This document shows, piece by piece, positions 1-12,000 of a DNA stretch of 64,000 nt. The position numbers and the translations under genes are program-made. This stretch comes from Raillietiella orientalis (taxonomy: Eukaryota): the NCBI GenBank assembly GCA_036172245.1, contig JAYWIR010000018.1:186001-250000 (forward strand). The letters run 5' to 3'. A model generated the notes under the pieces. That model was not told where the DNA came from and did no database searches. It worked only from the letters and a program-made list of their open reading frames with translations. Every line of letters begins with the position of its first letter. Position 1 is the first letter of the stretch.

Positions 1-844
1 TCTCCTGAGCAATCGCAGGAAGGGCTTTCAGGGGTGGCTCCGCAGACTAAATTCTGCACAGCTACCCCGATTTATGGAATTCCCTTCACTGTGGCATCCC
101 TTGTTCCTCGACTATTCGTGAACGCGCTGAGCAGTGTGCAGCTTTTGACCAAAGGAGCCACGTCGTGAGGGTTCCAGCCGGATACAACTCGCTTGCGAAC
201 GAGGTGACGAATTCTCTGAAGCATTCTTCTGGTGCGTTGCGCGAGGACGGATCTCGAATGAGTCTTCGTCTACGTGATGCCGCCGTGTCAATCTCTTGTA
301 TTCTTTCGAACCGTTCCTTGTTCCCGTCACTCAACGTCTTAACAGAGTTCCGGTGCTCCTCTGACGAACTCGACTCCGGGATGTGCCGCCACAGTTGCGA
401 CGTTCCGCGTGTTCGGTTCTTTCTTTGATGCACTTCGTGGAGCACGGGTCTCACGCTGGCCGACCCATCCACATCGGTGCGAAGGCCAGCGGTAGGCTGT
501 AAACACAACAAGAATGGTCCCAAGAAAGGAAAGCACATGTGAAGGGCTCGGCATTGGCAGCGCTTCTTGCCGAGCGGACCACGCGCTGGCAATTCTGCGA
601 CAGGCACTGAGATTTTCGCTAGTGAGATGGCATGTTCCCTGAGTGGATGAGCGTAGTAGGACCACCTGCCCCACCACTGCCTTTGCAAGTTTATTGCTTT
701 CCAGTGAACGACACAGCATGACCGGGTGGCAACTCCGGAAGGCACTATGCTACGAGATTCTCCAGCCCCAAGAACTGATCTCTCTGCGCGCCTTTTCCCC
801 TTCCCTTTCATGTTCAGCCGGAGTCCCTTGCGCGTTGCAACCAC
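1..844 (-). mobile_element. Decayed L1/Tx1-like LINE ORF2 fragment (APE endonuclease and linker)
   Basis: The minus ORF 86-844 has degenerate APE-like motifs (VATRKGL, VLGAGES) and a linker ending FREFVTSFASELY. ELPARGPLGKKRCQC resembles LLRRGPAGKECEC in the copy at ~9230. Boundaries approximate. Confidence 0.5.
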
Positions 845-1925
845 GCGACAGGACGCCCTTTCTCAGCAGTAGGACCAGCAGCACGGTCGCCGCACGGATC
901 ACGTCCACGTCAACGGAAGACATAGGGATAGGCTCATCGGCGGGACGATGAGAGTCCCAGGCATCTAATAAGAATTTCCTTGAACCTTCTTCGATCTGCA
1001 TTTTCTCGCGTGCTGAAAGAGGGCGTCCCCTTCACGCCCGCTTCTAAAGACTGCGGGCGTGAAGGGAATCCTTTAGGCAAAGCAATTCCCCTCTCTTTAG
1101 CATGATGGTTCTCCGTTCCTTGAGTCTTTCTTCAGATCAGCAGCTCTCGTTCTTCCCTTCAGGAGTGCGGAGTAACCACGGTTTTTCTGCTTCCACTACC
1201 CATCCGACGCTCGAGTCACACATGCACATTGCGTGTCTCAGGATCCCTGGGCGACGAGGCGCTTTTGTGCCTTCCGTTTGTGTGGCAGACCCAAGCCGGA
1301 ACCTCTTCGCATCCAGCATCACTGAGCTTCGGAACCTTGCCTTCATCAGAAGGAATCTCTGCTTCCAAAAGAAACGCGTTCTGCAGGGGTGTTTTCATCG
1401 CTCTTCTAGGGAGCACCGGACCTCCATCGGAAGGAAGGAGCCCTGCGGAATGAAGGAGGAGCGTCAGAAGTAGAGCGTCTGTCTCTTGCAAGAGGCTGGA
1501 TGATTTCTGATAGGACGCTGCCTCCCTGGCCTTTTTCCCAACTTTAAGGATAAAATAAGAAGCTTGTGTGCACGAGGTCTTCCCGCAGCTCCTTAATCTG
1601 AAAGCGGAAGAAGAAGGGGAGCGTTTTTGCTCCTGCGTTCAACGAAAGCTGACGATCCTTCACCCTCCTCCAGGCGCGGCAGCTCCTACCACAGGATCAT
1701 CCACGTGACTAATGCGTGAAGTCGGTACCCCACCTGAAGTGCGCCATGCAAAGGCGCACACGCATACACGGCGCTGCCCTTGACAGTTGCTTGCAAACGG
1801 AGCGACTGCAGACTGCAACGAAGTTGCCGCAAGTCGGGTTCCGCGCCGGCATGTATTTTTCCACAGACTCCGACAACTTGGGAAGATGCGTCGCGCAAAG
1901 CGCCGCTCACCGTGGGCGCGCGCCA

Positions 1926-4900
1926 CTAGCGGAAGCTCCCGCCTCCATAAGTTGTCTCGTTGAATATGTGGATTTTTCCATCTAAGGGGTGGAACTCCGT
2001 GCGGTACTCGCTCAGAAAGATGGCTCCCAGGAGCACCTGATTATTGCTCGGCGCAGTTGACGTGACCAGCAAGTGACACTCCCCTTCGTTCTGCGGGACT
2101 GCTCAGTGGCTTCAAAGGACGAAAAGGACGGACTCACCACTTGCACGTACCGCTCAGGAGAAATGCCGAATGCCTTACCGCCGATGGTCAGTACGACAAT
2201 GGGCAGGCTCCGATGGAAACAAGCCTCCTGCGTGTAATCTGCGGTCTGAAAAGTTGCCGAGCCTCCACTCACCTGCGAAAAAGAGTTCCCCTGAGTCTGC
2301 CAGAATCTTTTGTAGAGCTCCTTCGACAGACCGATGCTTTCCTGGCCGAAGTCGAATTTCCCTGTGCAGTTCACCTCGCAGACGGTTTCCGAGTTTATCT
2401 TCACTCTGGCAAACCGGATATCGAGCCTGCCACGGCGGCGCCAAGTGCGACTTTCTACCTATCGATCTGCACAATCCACTCAGAAGGGCTCGCACTCTTT
2501 TCAACCACTAGAAACTCGGGACGTCTCGTAGAGCTTCTTCCAAGGTGGAGAACGCCGGGAGACTTCAAGAATTCCTCAGAAACCCTAGAAAAAAGGCGTT
2601 CACATGCAGCCATCTCGGCAGACGATCGCTCCTTTCGGAACCATTGACACTTGGAAGGAGACACGAAAGGATGACGCTTGCGGAGGAAAAGGGTGTGTCT
2701 GGCCATCCGCGGGGTCGGCGTGAGCTTTTATTCAGCGGCAAGGAGGGTGGCAAACGGCCAACCGGCGACTCTTACACCTCTGTGGCCTCTTCATCAGAGG
2801 TAAGAAGACCTGACTGAGGCCCTGGTAGTGCGCATCCCGTTCCTTCAGAAAATTGTCCTCGAAAGCGACCTCGGCCGCGCCACTGTGGAGTGAAAGGGAT
2901 CCCCTATGGATCCAAGGGATCGGAGTCCGTCACTTGCGGGCCTGGGATACCCGGAGAGAACCTTCACCCTGGTTGTCTCCGAAGGGAACTCCGAAGGAAA
3001 TCTCATTTCCTATTCTCTCCAGAGGGACCCCGGGGGAGGGGGGCTCCATGTTTTCTTCTCTAAAGGAACCCGGAAAGGATCCTCTGCTGAATTTCTTCTC
3101 CGGAGGGAACCCGCAAGGGAACCGCTCCTCTTTCCTCCTCTGAAGGGAACCCCAAAGGAACGCTTCCGAAATTCAGAAGGACTCTCTCCGAAGAGAGCGG
3201 CACGCTTCTCTGAACTCTAGAGAGGTGGCCACACACCTACTCCACGAAGGTTCCCCCCTTGAAGAGAGGCTCTTCCTCTTTTCACAATCGGAGGGGAACT
3301 CACCACCCCTTGATTCCTGGACGGACTTGGAGGTCAACTCCCGTTGTTCCGGCCTTCATCGGGTAGGGCCCTCATCGGGGGCATTTGGTTTGAACCGCTA
3401 CCAGCACCCCACCCGAATGCAGGCCAACCAGCGTCATCTCGCGGGAGGAACTCGAACCCACGAAGCGTCCCCACCTCTCGGCGTCGATTCTTTCCGAGTA
3501 TTCGAACCCGTGGCCAGGAGCGGAGACCGTGACCACATGGCCTCCGACGCCGCCCAATCCGACGAAGAGTCCCCTTCCGGCGGAGCTGGCGATCGTTGAG
3601 CAAGCTGCGACTCCCGGTGTCAAGCGAGGGAACCGTCCCCACGTCGAGAGATGCCCTGCAAAAGACCGAGCGCAAAGAGCCAGGGGTGCAGCACACATTT
3701 CCTTGGGGACGCGGGCTGGCGGGCGGGTGTCGCGCGCACGCTTCTTAAGCGCGGCGAGATCGAGCAGATTCAGGACCTCCGTTTCGGGCTTTGGGTCGAA
3801 AGATCGCCACCACCACCCGCCCTCGAGCAAGTAACGAAGGAAGATCACCTCTCAAACTCGAACGTGAACCTCGCTTCAAAGGACGGACAGGAAGATGAGA
3901 GCCTTTTTAGCCAGGAAACTTCGCCTCCATCCTCCTTAGTAAAGCTATGTGGAACCGGACCGAGTCCAAGGGATCCGTCGAAGAAGAATGTGATCTGCGG
4001 GTACTTCGGCAGGGTGAAGAACTGCAGGTCACGGATGCAGGTGTCCCCGATCTGGAAGGAAATGACCGAGGAGTCACGAAACTCCACTGTTCCGCGCTGG
4101 ACTTTTGGGATGTCGCAATTCCCCTCGTCCCCGCCCCACCCCTCTCCACCAGTTCGTGGAGTGCACGACAAATGCGCGCGCCAAATCGAGAAACCCTGCG
4201 CTGCCCGGCGCGACGCGGGAGTCCCTATGCGGTGGAGGCACTGCCTTTGTTCGCTATGAGGGTGACCCGAAGGGGAGTGAGGGCCCCACATCTCGTCGTA
4301 CCATCCACTGGGCGGAAATCTTCTTGAAGACCGCTTCCCGATGGGCCCAACTTCAAGAAAAGAAAACAAAACTTGTCAGCATCCGGAACAGGATGCAGCG
4401 GACGTTTCCTGGCAAATAGTAATCTTTTCTTTTCCCTCCCCTCCTTTTTGTCTCCCATTTTTTGTTCATTTTTTTGTTTGATCTTCACTCCTTCGCCGCT
4501 GGAGAGGGCCCCACCGGTCTCTATCGGTTTTGGCAAGTCTTTCGCGCGAGGTAGAACCAAGTGTCCTCCTACGATATTTTAAAAATTCGACTTTATTATG
4601 AAATTTGTTATAGAATTTTAATTCGGATGGCAAACGTCTCGTCGTGCCCGCGTGCCGCTCGCCAAGGCGCCCGCGTCGAATGAGGTTCTGCTGAAAAGAA
4701 GCGCGGGAATTCTTCGCGGCAGCTGGGGAGCTGCCTGCTGACTCGCGCGATGTCGCGCTGCCCGAAGAACCCTCGTTGGATCGAGAGTGCACCGTGATGC
4801 GCGCGAAGCGACCAGCAGCTCTGCACCCGGGGAACTCACCCGGACGCTGTCTTTTCCCTGCTCCACGCCGGTTCCATTTATCATGGCGTTACCCTTCACT

Positions 4901-5096
4901 TTCTCGTATGTGGACGACGCGTCTTTCACAAATCCATGATCTTATTTAAGCAGCGGCACGTGAGCTTCACGAGTGATCCCAGCTTACCGTGTCTTTCTCT
5001 TTCGTCCCTGATCAAAATGAAGTGTGTGTGGCTATTGGGGTGGAGATGCACTCTTTGCTGAGGATGTCCGATACGTATTTCCCGCACTTGAATGTA
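1926..5096 (-). CDS. Pepsin-family (A1) aspartic protease-like protein, probably catalytically inactive; 5'-partial
   Basis: Six GT-AG-bounded exons join in frame: 5096-4988, 4940-4840, 4051-3849, 2584-2459, 2405-2138, 2090-1926 (972 nt, 323 aa plus TAG). Pepsin landmarks occur in order: IRIGHPQQRVHLHPNSHT (IGTPPQ..FDTGS position), HGFVKDASSTY, FDGSLGLG, GVLHLG, WIVQID, CEVNCTGKFDFG, LPIVVLTIGGKAFGISPERY, LLGAIFLSEYRTEF. Signal/propeptide exon(s) not located. Confidence 0.85.
2976..3168. repeat. Degenerate ~40-bp tandem repeat, about 5 units
   Basis: Units start near 2976, 3016, 3057, 3097 and 3137 with a core like TCTCCRRAGGGAACYCC..AAGGA followed by a variable pyrimidine-rich part. It lies in an intron of the protease-like gene. 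Confidence 0.65.
4130..4520 (+). mobile_element. Decayed 3' end of L1/Tx1-like LINE (intronic)
   Basis: HQFVECTT...AFVR resembles HLVDCAAL...LFVRDAL of the 52-kb copy. It is followed by a T-rich tract like the 3' UTR of other copies. Confidence 0.35.
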
Positions 5097-5149
5097 CTGA
5101 AACGAGAGAACCCGGGAAACAGCTTCTTCCAGCCCGAGTGACCCACTCT

Positions 5150-5900
5150 GGTGAAGCTCCAAGAAAACACCCTCTGCTAACCCGGACATTTCGGATCGCC
5201 AAAGGCCAGGAACTCCAGGAGCGTGTCACAGAATCCTCGCGCGTTCCATCACCAAAAGCGCCCGCTGGGTTGCACGGATGTTCGCCCACGTGCAAAAAGC
5301 AACCAACCGCCCCGTGCGCCTTCAGATTCCCGGCGCCAGCAGTGCTCGCCCGAAGCCCACAAGGTGGGTGATGAATAAGCAACCCACATCCGACCCGTCT
5401 TCCCGTCGATTATTCGGGATGCGAGAATCGCGCATTCACTCCCTCGCGAGAGAAAAAATCTTCGGAAGTCGACAGCCTGGCTGGTCGACTCAGGCAATGC
5501 AAGTTGGTGATAGCGTAGGGTCTACCTTTTCCGGGTGTCTCCAGTGGCGGAGCTGGCAAGGGAGCGAAGCGACTGGCGAGGGCGCAGCATTCTCGCTCTG
5601 AGTCGCAGACCTTCGCGATGCGCATCACTTTGACTTTCGAGCGAATCTGCATCCCTGGAATCCGACGACATGCTCTCTTCAGCTTCGAAAGTGCCATGCG
5701 ACAACGAGGTACGCGAGGAGCGGAATAGATCGAACCCCTCCCGGCTTCGTGGAAAGCATGGTCTCTTCCATAGGAGGTTCCTTTGCAGCCACGAACACAG
5801 CAGTGGGAGATTTCCCGCGTGTTCTTTGTGAGCGAATTTGCAGCTTTCTCGACGAGTTGAACCGCAGTTGGTGGACTGCAGCAGGATGACCTGGGTCACG
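5150..5900 (-). mobile_element. Decayed L1/Tx1-like endonuclease/linker fragment
   Basis: MTQVILLQSTNCG.. resembles an APE start. LKAHGAVGCFLHVGEHPC resembles the Tx1 linker GEKP motif. Frameshifted. Confidence 0.4.
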
Positions 5901-6599
5901 GTCCCGTGATCTTACGGCAATTGAGGGGAGAAACAACTGGGGACCCTTACGAGAAGCAACCAACACACAGTGGGGGATCCAGAAACGTGCCTTGCCCTGG
6001 CAATCAGAGCCCGCGGAGGAAGAAGAAAGAAGATGGAGCTCGAGATGGAAATAGCCGCTCTTGCTTCCGATCTTTAGGGAAGGGAAACCAAAAGCCCATG
6101 GAGAGCCGGACGACTGGACCTAGCTGGTCGCTGCAGGCTGCAGGCTGGAAAATACAGAAATCCATTCGATAAGACTCGGGTAACTCCGACAAACGGAAAA
6201 AGAGGGGAGGAGGAGGCACCGTTTCAGAAGGTTACTCACGTTTCCATTGCTCGACAGAGGTAGCCGGATCGTGCTTGAGCAATTCGGGCTGCAGGTTGGC
6301 TGTGGCTCCCTTCCAGATTTTCCCGTCCCTGCGCTCGAATTTGAAGGCGGCGCCTTGTCGACACCTTTGCGGTCTACCCACCAGGAAGATGGCTGCAGCA
6401 AAGTCGAGGGCTGCCTACGGAAAGAGCGAGTGAAGCAGACTCGAGGGCAGCTTGAGTATCCGCCTGAAACGGGACCCTTTCCAAGCCGGCCGTCCTTCGA
6501 GTGCGTTAGGAGCACCTCGGCCTCTGCTGCTTTCGATTTCCCTACTTGGGGAACCCAGGAAGAGAACGCCCAGGCTCCGTTTCATGCACTGGACAATCC

Positions 6600-8672
6600 C
6601 AGGAAAACGTCTCTGCCGGCAAGGATGCACCACGAACTACAGACGTTGAAAAAGATGGCATGGAGACACCTTCACCCTTCTTCCCGTACACCACGGGGAC
6701 ACTGCCGACGAGCACTGCACCGGAAGGCAGTAATCATCGGACTTTGTAATCATCTGCTTCCTGCGGTAGCAGCCAAAGAAGTTCGCAGATAGCAGCCGAT
6801 CTACACGGGAATCCCGGAGACAGCGATGACGCACGAAACTCAAAGACCGAAGTTCGCACGGGAGACGAGCGCGGGCCTCGTTCCTGGTCTCGCGTACCCA
6901 CGAGGGAACGCTGAAGACGGAAAGCGGAAGGTGGATGAATGCCATGGATATGGCGGCGACCGTCGCTTGACGATGCCCACAGTTCAGCTGAAGACTTCGA
7001 GGTTGTAGATTCCAGCAGCGGTGGCTGCATCGAGATACCGCGCAGAGTTCCGAAAGTGATGCGCTCAAGAGCGGCGCGCTGTTGCCTTGCGTGCCCGAGC
7101 TGTGTCGGGAATGCGCGCAAGCAGCTGCCCAGTGGAACTCGCGAGTCCAGACCGTCCCCTGTCGATGCGGTGAGAGAGAGGGTGCAAAGAACGAGTTTTT
7201 CTGCGCACTCGGAAACCTCGGCACCTTTGCTCGGGTACCGGTAGCTATCCGTGGTTTCATGACTCGAGAGAACGCACTGGACTTTCCAGCAACACCCTCT
7301 CATGTCGCGAGTTTCGCAGATACCATTGCTCAAGGCCACCCGAAAGATCAGTAGTCCTCTGCTTCGATCCCGCCACACGACGTTCCGCTTGCCGACGACA
7401 GCACTCGCACTCCCTCAGTATTCCCGACGCTCCTCTTCTCCTCGCCTGTTTTCACCTTGAACCTGCGACGCATCGCGTCTTGAACATTGAACGGGAGTGC
7501 CCCGCGCAAAAGCAAGGAAGGAAGGTCTCCGGTGTCTCCGAGAGATCCCCCGCAATCTCCAGTCCTTCCCTGGGAGTCGATGAAATTCCAGGACAAAACA
7601 GCTGAGCGGCGCACTCAAGCAGGATGGGGGACTGCCATCCAGCTACGCGCGCCCCAGCAATTCGCGGGATGCCAGCAGGAGCGTCGTCTCCGCACGTCCA
7701 CAAGTTGCCAGAAACTCACGAACGCCCACGCGATGGCAACAGCAGCTACCTGTTCGCTGCTCCATGGAAACGGTCGCCCTGCACCAGGAGGAATCCGAGA
7801 ATGAGCAGCTTCATTCCGACTGCACGGCAGCTTTGCAGAGAAACAGCTGAAAGTGAAAGAAAGGAGACTTAGTGATCGGCAGTAGCGGCGAGGTCGGTGT
7901 GCAGCGGCGACTCTTGGTCAGACAGGCAGCTCCGGTGTTTCCAGCGCTGGCGAGCCTCGCGATCGTCTCGTGGTCGCCGGCGACGGCGGAAGCAGCCTCG
8001 GACTGCGAGCAGCTCTCGCGAGCGGCCGCGGTTCCGGAAGCGCCCGTGCAACGAGCGCGACGTCAGAAAAGGAACTGGTGGAACTTTCCGGAAGAAAGTC
8101 GCTTCTTCCGGAAAGGACAGGGACGCACACCCTCGCGTCTGGCGGACCAGGCAGGACACCTGCCCGGACGCCTCGTCCCTTGGTCCATCGCTCATTCTTG
8201 GAGGCGTCGAGACGGCGTTCGCTTCGACGTCGGGTGTGCCCCGGATGAAGTGGAACGACTCACCAGCGCAAACATCTCTCCCGCGAAACCAAAATGCGAG
8301 TGCTCGGAGACGCCGGAGGCTCTTGACCAGCGTGTTGCGTGCGCCGCGCGGGACCGCGAAGATGGCATGCGTCACAAGGAGCGTCGCAGCGCCGAGGGAG
8401 TGCGACCTATGGACCCGCACGCTCCTCTTGTCGGCGAGCAGCATCCCTTCGATTTGATTTTCCGGAGGACAGGCAGGGACTGGAGTCGCCAGCGGCGGAA
8501 GATCCTTGTAGCCTGACTCCATCAGGCAGACGGACAGCACGTCCGACCACCTGGTCCAATCAAATCCTTCAGCCCCGTCGGGAAAACCGCTGCGGCCGGA
8601 AGCCTTCAGCGGTAAACGCACGCGTAGTCCGTTGCCATGCACCTTGGAGAGCGGTTCCCTGCTTCGGACCAC
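6600..8672 (-). mobile_element. Decayed L1/Tx1-like ORF2 (endonuclease, linker, RT start); left element of a head-to-head pair
   Basis: Minus ORF 7869-8672 has APE motifs in order: VHGNGL, VCLMES, GMLLA, IFAVP, AGESF, ADH. Near 7150, STGDGL/TREFH corresponds to the RT SPGPDGLTAEFY motif across a frameshift. Confidence 0.65.
7327..7993. repeat. Left arm of 667-bp near-perfect inverted repeat (partner 9715-10381)
   Basis: Reverse-complement identity read directly; only 2 mismatches found (~7358, ~7986). The ORF track gives identical mirrored ORFs (7487-7804+/9904-10221-, 7624-7872+/9836-10084-). Confidence 0.97.
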
Positions 8673-9029
8673 TGGCGAGCTCTCTGATCCGCTTCCGCTG
8701 CGCGTTGCGAGGGAGGCGCTCGACGCTCAAAGGTCATGCGTACCTGGAGCCAACACTCGAAGGGGTGTCTTGCAGGATATCTGCAGCTAGGAGATGGATC
8801 GCAGCACTGCAAGGATGCACTTTCCGGTTCGTACCAATCGCACTGGGATCCCGAAGGGTGACAACGCGTGGCTGCAAAATGCGACGGCGGCGAGAGGTGT
8901 TCGGTGTCAGGTGAGGTGTGTGGCTGCCCGGACCGTCAATTTATGGTTCGGCGGTTCCTCTTCCCTGTTCGCTGCAGGGACTTCCGATAAGGGAGGGGAA
9001 AGTCGTAGATCATCTCCAGCAGCAGCTGT

Positions 9030-12000
9030 GCACAACTAGCGTCGAAGACCCCTCAGCTTGCGTTCCCAGGGGGAGTTGGCTCCGCGAACGCGACGGTTCT
9101 CATGCGGAATCGAAGCGAGCTCATCCGACGTTCCAGGAGCCAGGAGGATGGCAGCCGAGGTGAGCGGTGGAGAGGGCGCAATTTCGAGCTAGATGCCGCA
9201 CGCGCGCAGAGTCGCAAAGGCGAGAGCGCACTTGTTGCGCAGGGGACCGGCAGGGAAGGAATGCGAGTGTCTTCGCGGTTTTCCCTCCGCCTCCTGCTGG
9301 ATGCGCCGCCGCCTCTCTTATCTTTCCCAAATGCTCCAGTCTCGTTGTCTCGCACGCAGCCACGGTTAACTCTCGGTCCATGGATGCAACATCGACACAG
9401 CCCTCTGTATCCAGCCGCTAAAAGTGAGAATGCATCCCTTCTCGCGAGGTGCACAGACCCCGTTTCCGGCCCACTGGGTCCTCGCTTGGCTGCACGGGCG
9501 TCCGAGCTGCCTCTCGAAAATCCCTCAACTCCCAGCCTATGATGCGCAGTCCACCCCGGAAAGCGCCGCGAAGGTCCCTGCATCCTCAGCAGAACGCTTG
9601 AATGCCTTCGTCACCTAGCCCTCCTTCCATCCGGGAAGCCGTTGCGGACGTGCGCACTGCAGCCTGGAAGCGCCCTCTCCAGGACGAAAATCTAGCTGCG
9701 CAGGCTTGGCCGCAGCTTCCGTCGTCGCCGGCGACCACGAGACGATCGCGAGGCTCGCCAGCGCTGGAAACACCGGAGCTGCCTGTCTGACCAAGAGTCG
9801 CCGCTGCACACCGACCTCGCCGCTACTGCCGATCACTAAGTCTCCTTTCTTTCACTTTCAGCTGTTTCTCTGCAAAGCTGCCGTGCAGTCGGAATGAAGC
9901 TGCTCATTCTCGGATTCCTCCTGGTGCAGGGCGACCGTTTCCATGGAGCAGCGAACAGGTAGCTGCTGTTGCCATCGCGTGGGCGTTCGTGAGTTTCTGG
10001 CAACTTGTGGACGTGCGGAGACGACGCTCCTGCTGGCATCCCGCGAATTGCTGGGGCGCGCGTAGCTGGATGGCAGTCCCCCATCCTGCTTGAGTGCGCC
10101 GCTCAGCTGTTTTGTCCTGGAATTTCATCGACTCCCAGGGAAGGACTGGAGATTGCGGGGGATCTCTCGGAGACACCGGAGACCTTCCTTCCTTGCTTTT
10201 GCGCGGGGCACTCCCGTTCAATGTTCAAGACGCGATGCGTCGCAGGTTCAAGGTGAAAACAGGCGAGGAGAAGAGGAGCGTCGGGAATACTGAGGGAGTG
10301 CGAGTGCTGTCGTCGGCAAGCGGAACGTCGTGTGGCGGGACCGAAGCAGAGGACTACTGATCTTTCGGGTGGCCTTGAGCACGAGCATTCCTCTACTAAG
10401 GGTATCTGTAGAGTGGGTCTCCGCGCAGCGTCTTCCGCCCAAGGGCGCATCAGCGTTAGGGAAGGAGTTGCAGCAATGTCTTTGCAAGCCTTTCAATATG
10501 GGAGAGATCATGTCAGCCATCGGACAGCTCAAGAGGAGGATTTTTCTAGAGGAGAACGGCCTGCCTTTAAATTACTATCATTGCTTTGAGGAAGAGCTTA
10601 CCTCCATGGTGCATACATTATGCACGCTAATCCGTGAAACAAGAAAAGCACCAGCTCGTTCCGGTCAGACAGAGTACGCCCTCTGTCGAAGGGAGGAGAC
10701 CTGCGCAACATCGGCAAATGGAGGCCGATTGCAGTAGTGAACGTGGACGCTATTGCGCTTGACAAACTGTTGACGGAGCAACTGAGACGCATTGCCGGAT
10801 CCGTGATTAGTCCGGAACAGACTTACGCTGTTTGAGAACAGCGTACCATGGAGGTAACTCTCACCATGTGCACGCGAGGAACAAAGTTGCAAGAGTAGGT
10901 TTTTCCCACGGGTCGCCCGAATCCTTGATTCTCTGATTACCACGGAGGGGAATGCCCCGGAGGAATGGACTTGTCGGGAGCCCTTGAGGTCGCGGTCGAT
11001 CTGCGCAAAGCTTTCTACTTCATGGACCAGGAACTGCTTCTGGAGCTTGTAACGCATTGGTTTCCAGGACATCTTCCTGTCCACAATCTGCGCTCCTGAC
11101 TACTCGGAGATACGGACCACCTTGCTGAGCTCTTACCCCTGTACGCCTGTCGTTTCGGCCGACGCTGACGATCTTCTGCTGCTGCTGCCCATGTCCACAC
11201 TGTCGTCTGCACTCGAGGATTTCATGGAGATGTTGAGACGGAGAACGGACTTGAAGGTCAGCAGGCAAAGTCGTTGGTTATGGCAGTTGGTGAGACGTTG
11301 ACTGGGCGATAGGACTGGATTTTCTTGGAGATCCCCATGGGCCGGTTCTTAAGTGCCTTGGCGTTCCATTAGGGGACTTTTGTCTAGCAGAAGTTTGGTT
11401 CTAACATCTGTAAAGAGTAAAGTTGGCGCTCGGCCCGTCCATGGAAAGCAACTTTTTCTTGCCGGAAAGGCCCGCTGGTTGGAACTCATCAGTGACTCCC
11501 CTCCTCCTCCCTTCGCTGCTTGCCCCGACTCAGTGCAGTGAGAAAGTGGACTGAAGATCCCCACGAAAAGCACTGTGGGGCCAGGGTTCTCTTGAAAGAC
11601 TGGTTTGCTCTAAGTCCGGATGGTGGACTGGGTCTTTTGATGCTGTAAGGAATGGAGTGTCAGCTCCAATTGGGAAGGCTTGTAGCAAAGCCGTGGACGA
11701 CGCCATGGTGCGCTCCAGCACATCTCTTCGTCGAGCGAGCAGCCGACTGCGATGGTCTGGCATCGTTCCTTGTCGTCTGCCACTGAAGTCCAGCCTATGT
11801 TGGGTATCAACTTCGGCAGCTGGTTGCCTTGTCTAGGGAGAACGCATGGATCTCTTGCCACCTCGTGAACTGCATTGCCTGACCTCAGGAGTTGGTTCAC
11901 ACTATGGAAAAGATCCAGACACGAGCGGGAAAGATCCGTTCTTCTGCAACGTGGCAGAAACTCTCTGCAGAAGGTGCTCGACAACCTTGTGGGCTTCGTG

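Noticed and set aside
2778..2882. Extra or alternative protease exon (GAAEVAFEDNF..HYQGLSQVFLPL)
   Set aside because: The model is complete without it, and its best donor leads to a stop. It is not supportable without RNA data.
2976..3168. CRISPR-like repeat-spacer array
   Set aside because: The repeat cores are degenerate, the variable parts resemble each other, there are no cas genes and the context is a eukaryotic intron.
6400..7326. Plus-strand RT motifs (GYGGD, EDFEVV..)
   Set aside because: The minus strand gives better-ordered RT motifs collinear with the 10.5-kb copy. The plus-strand matches are probably chance.
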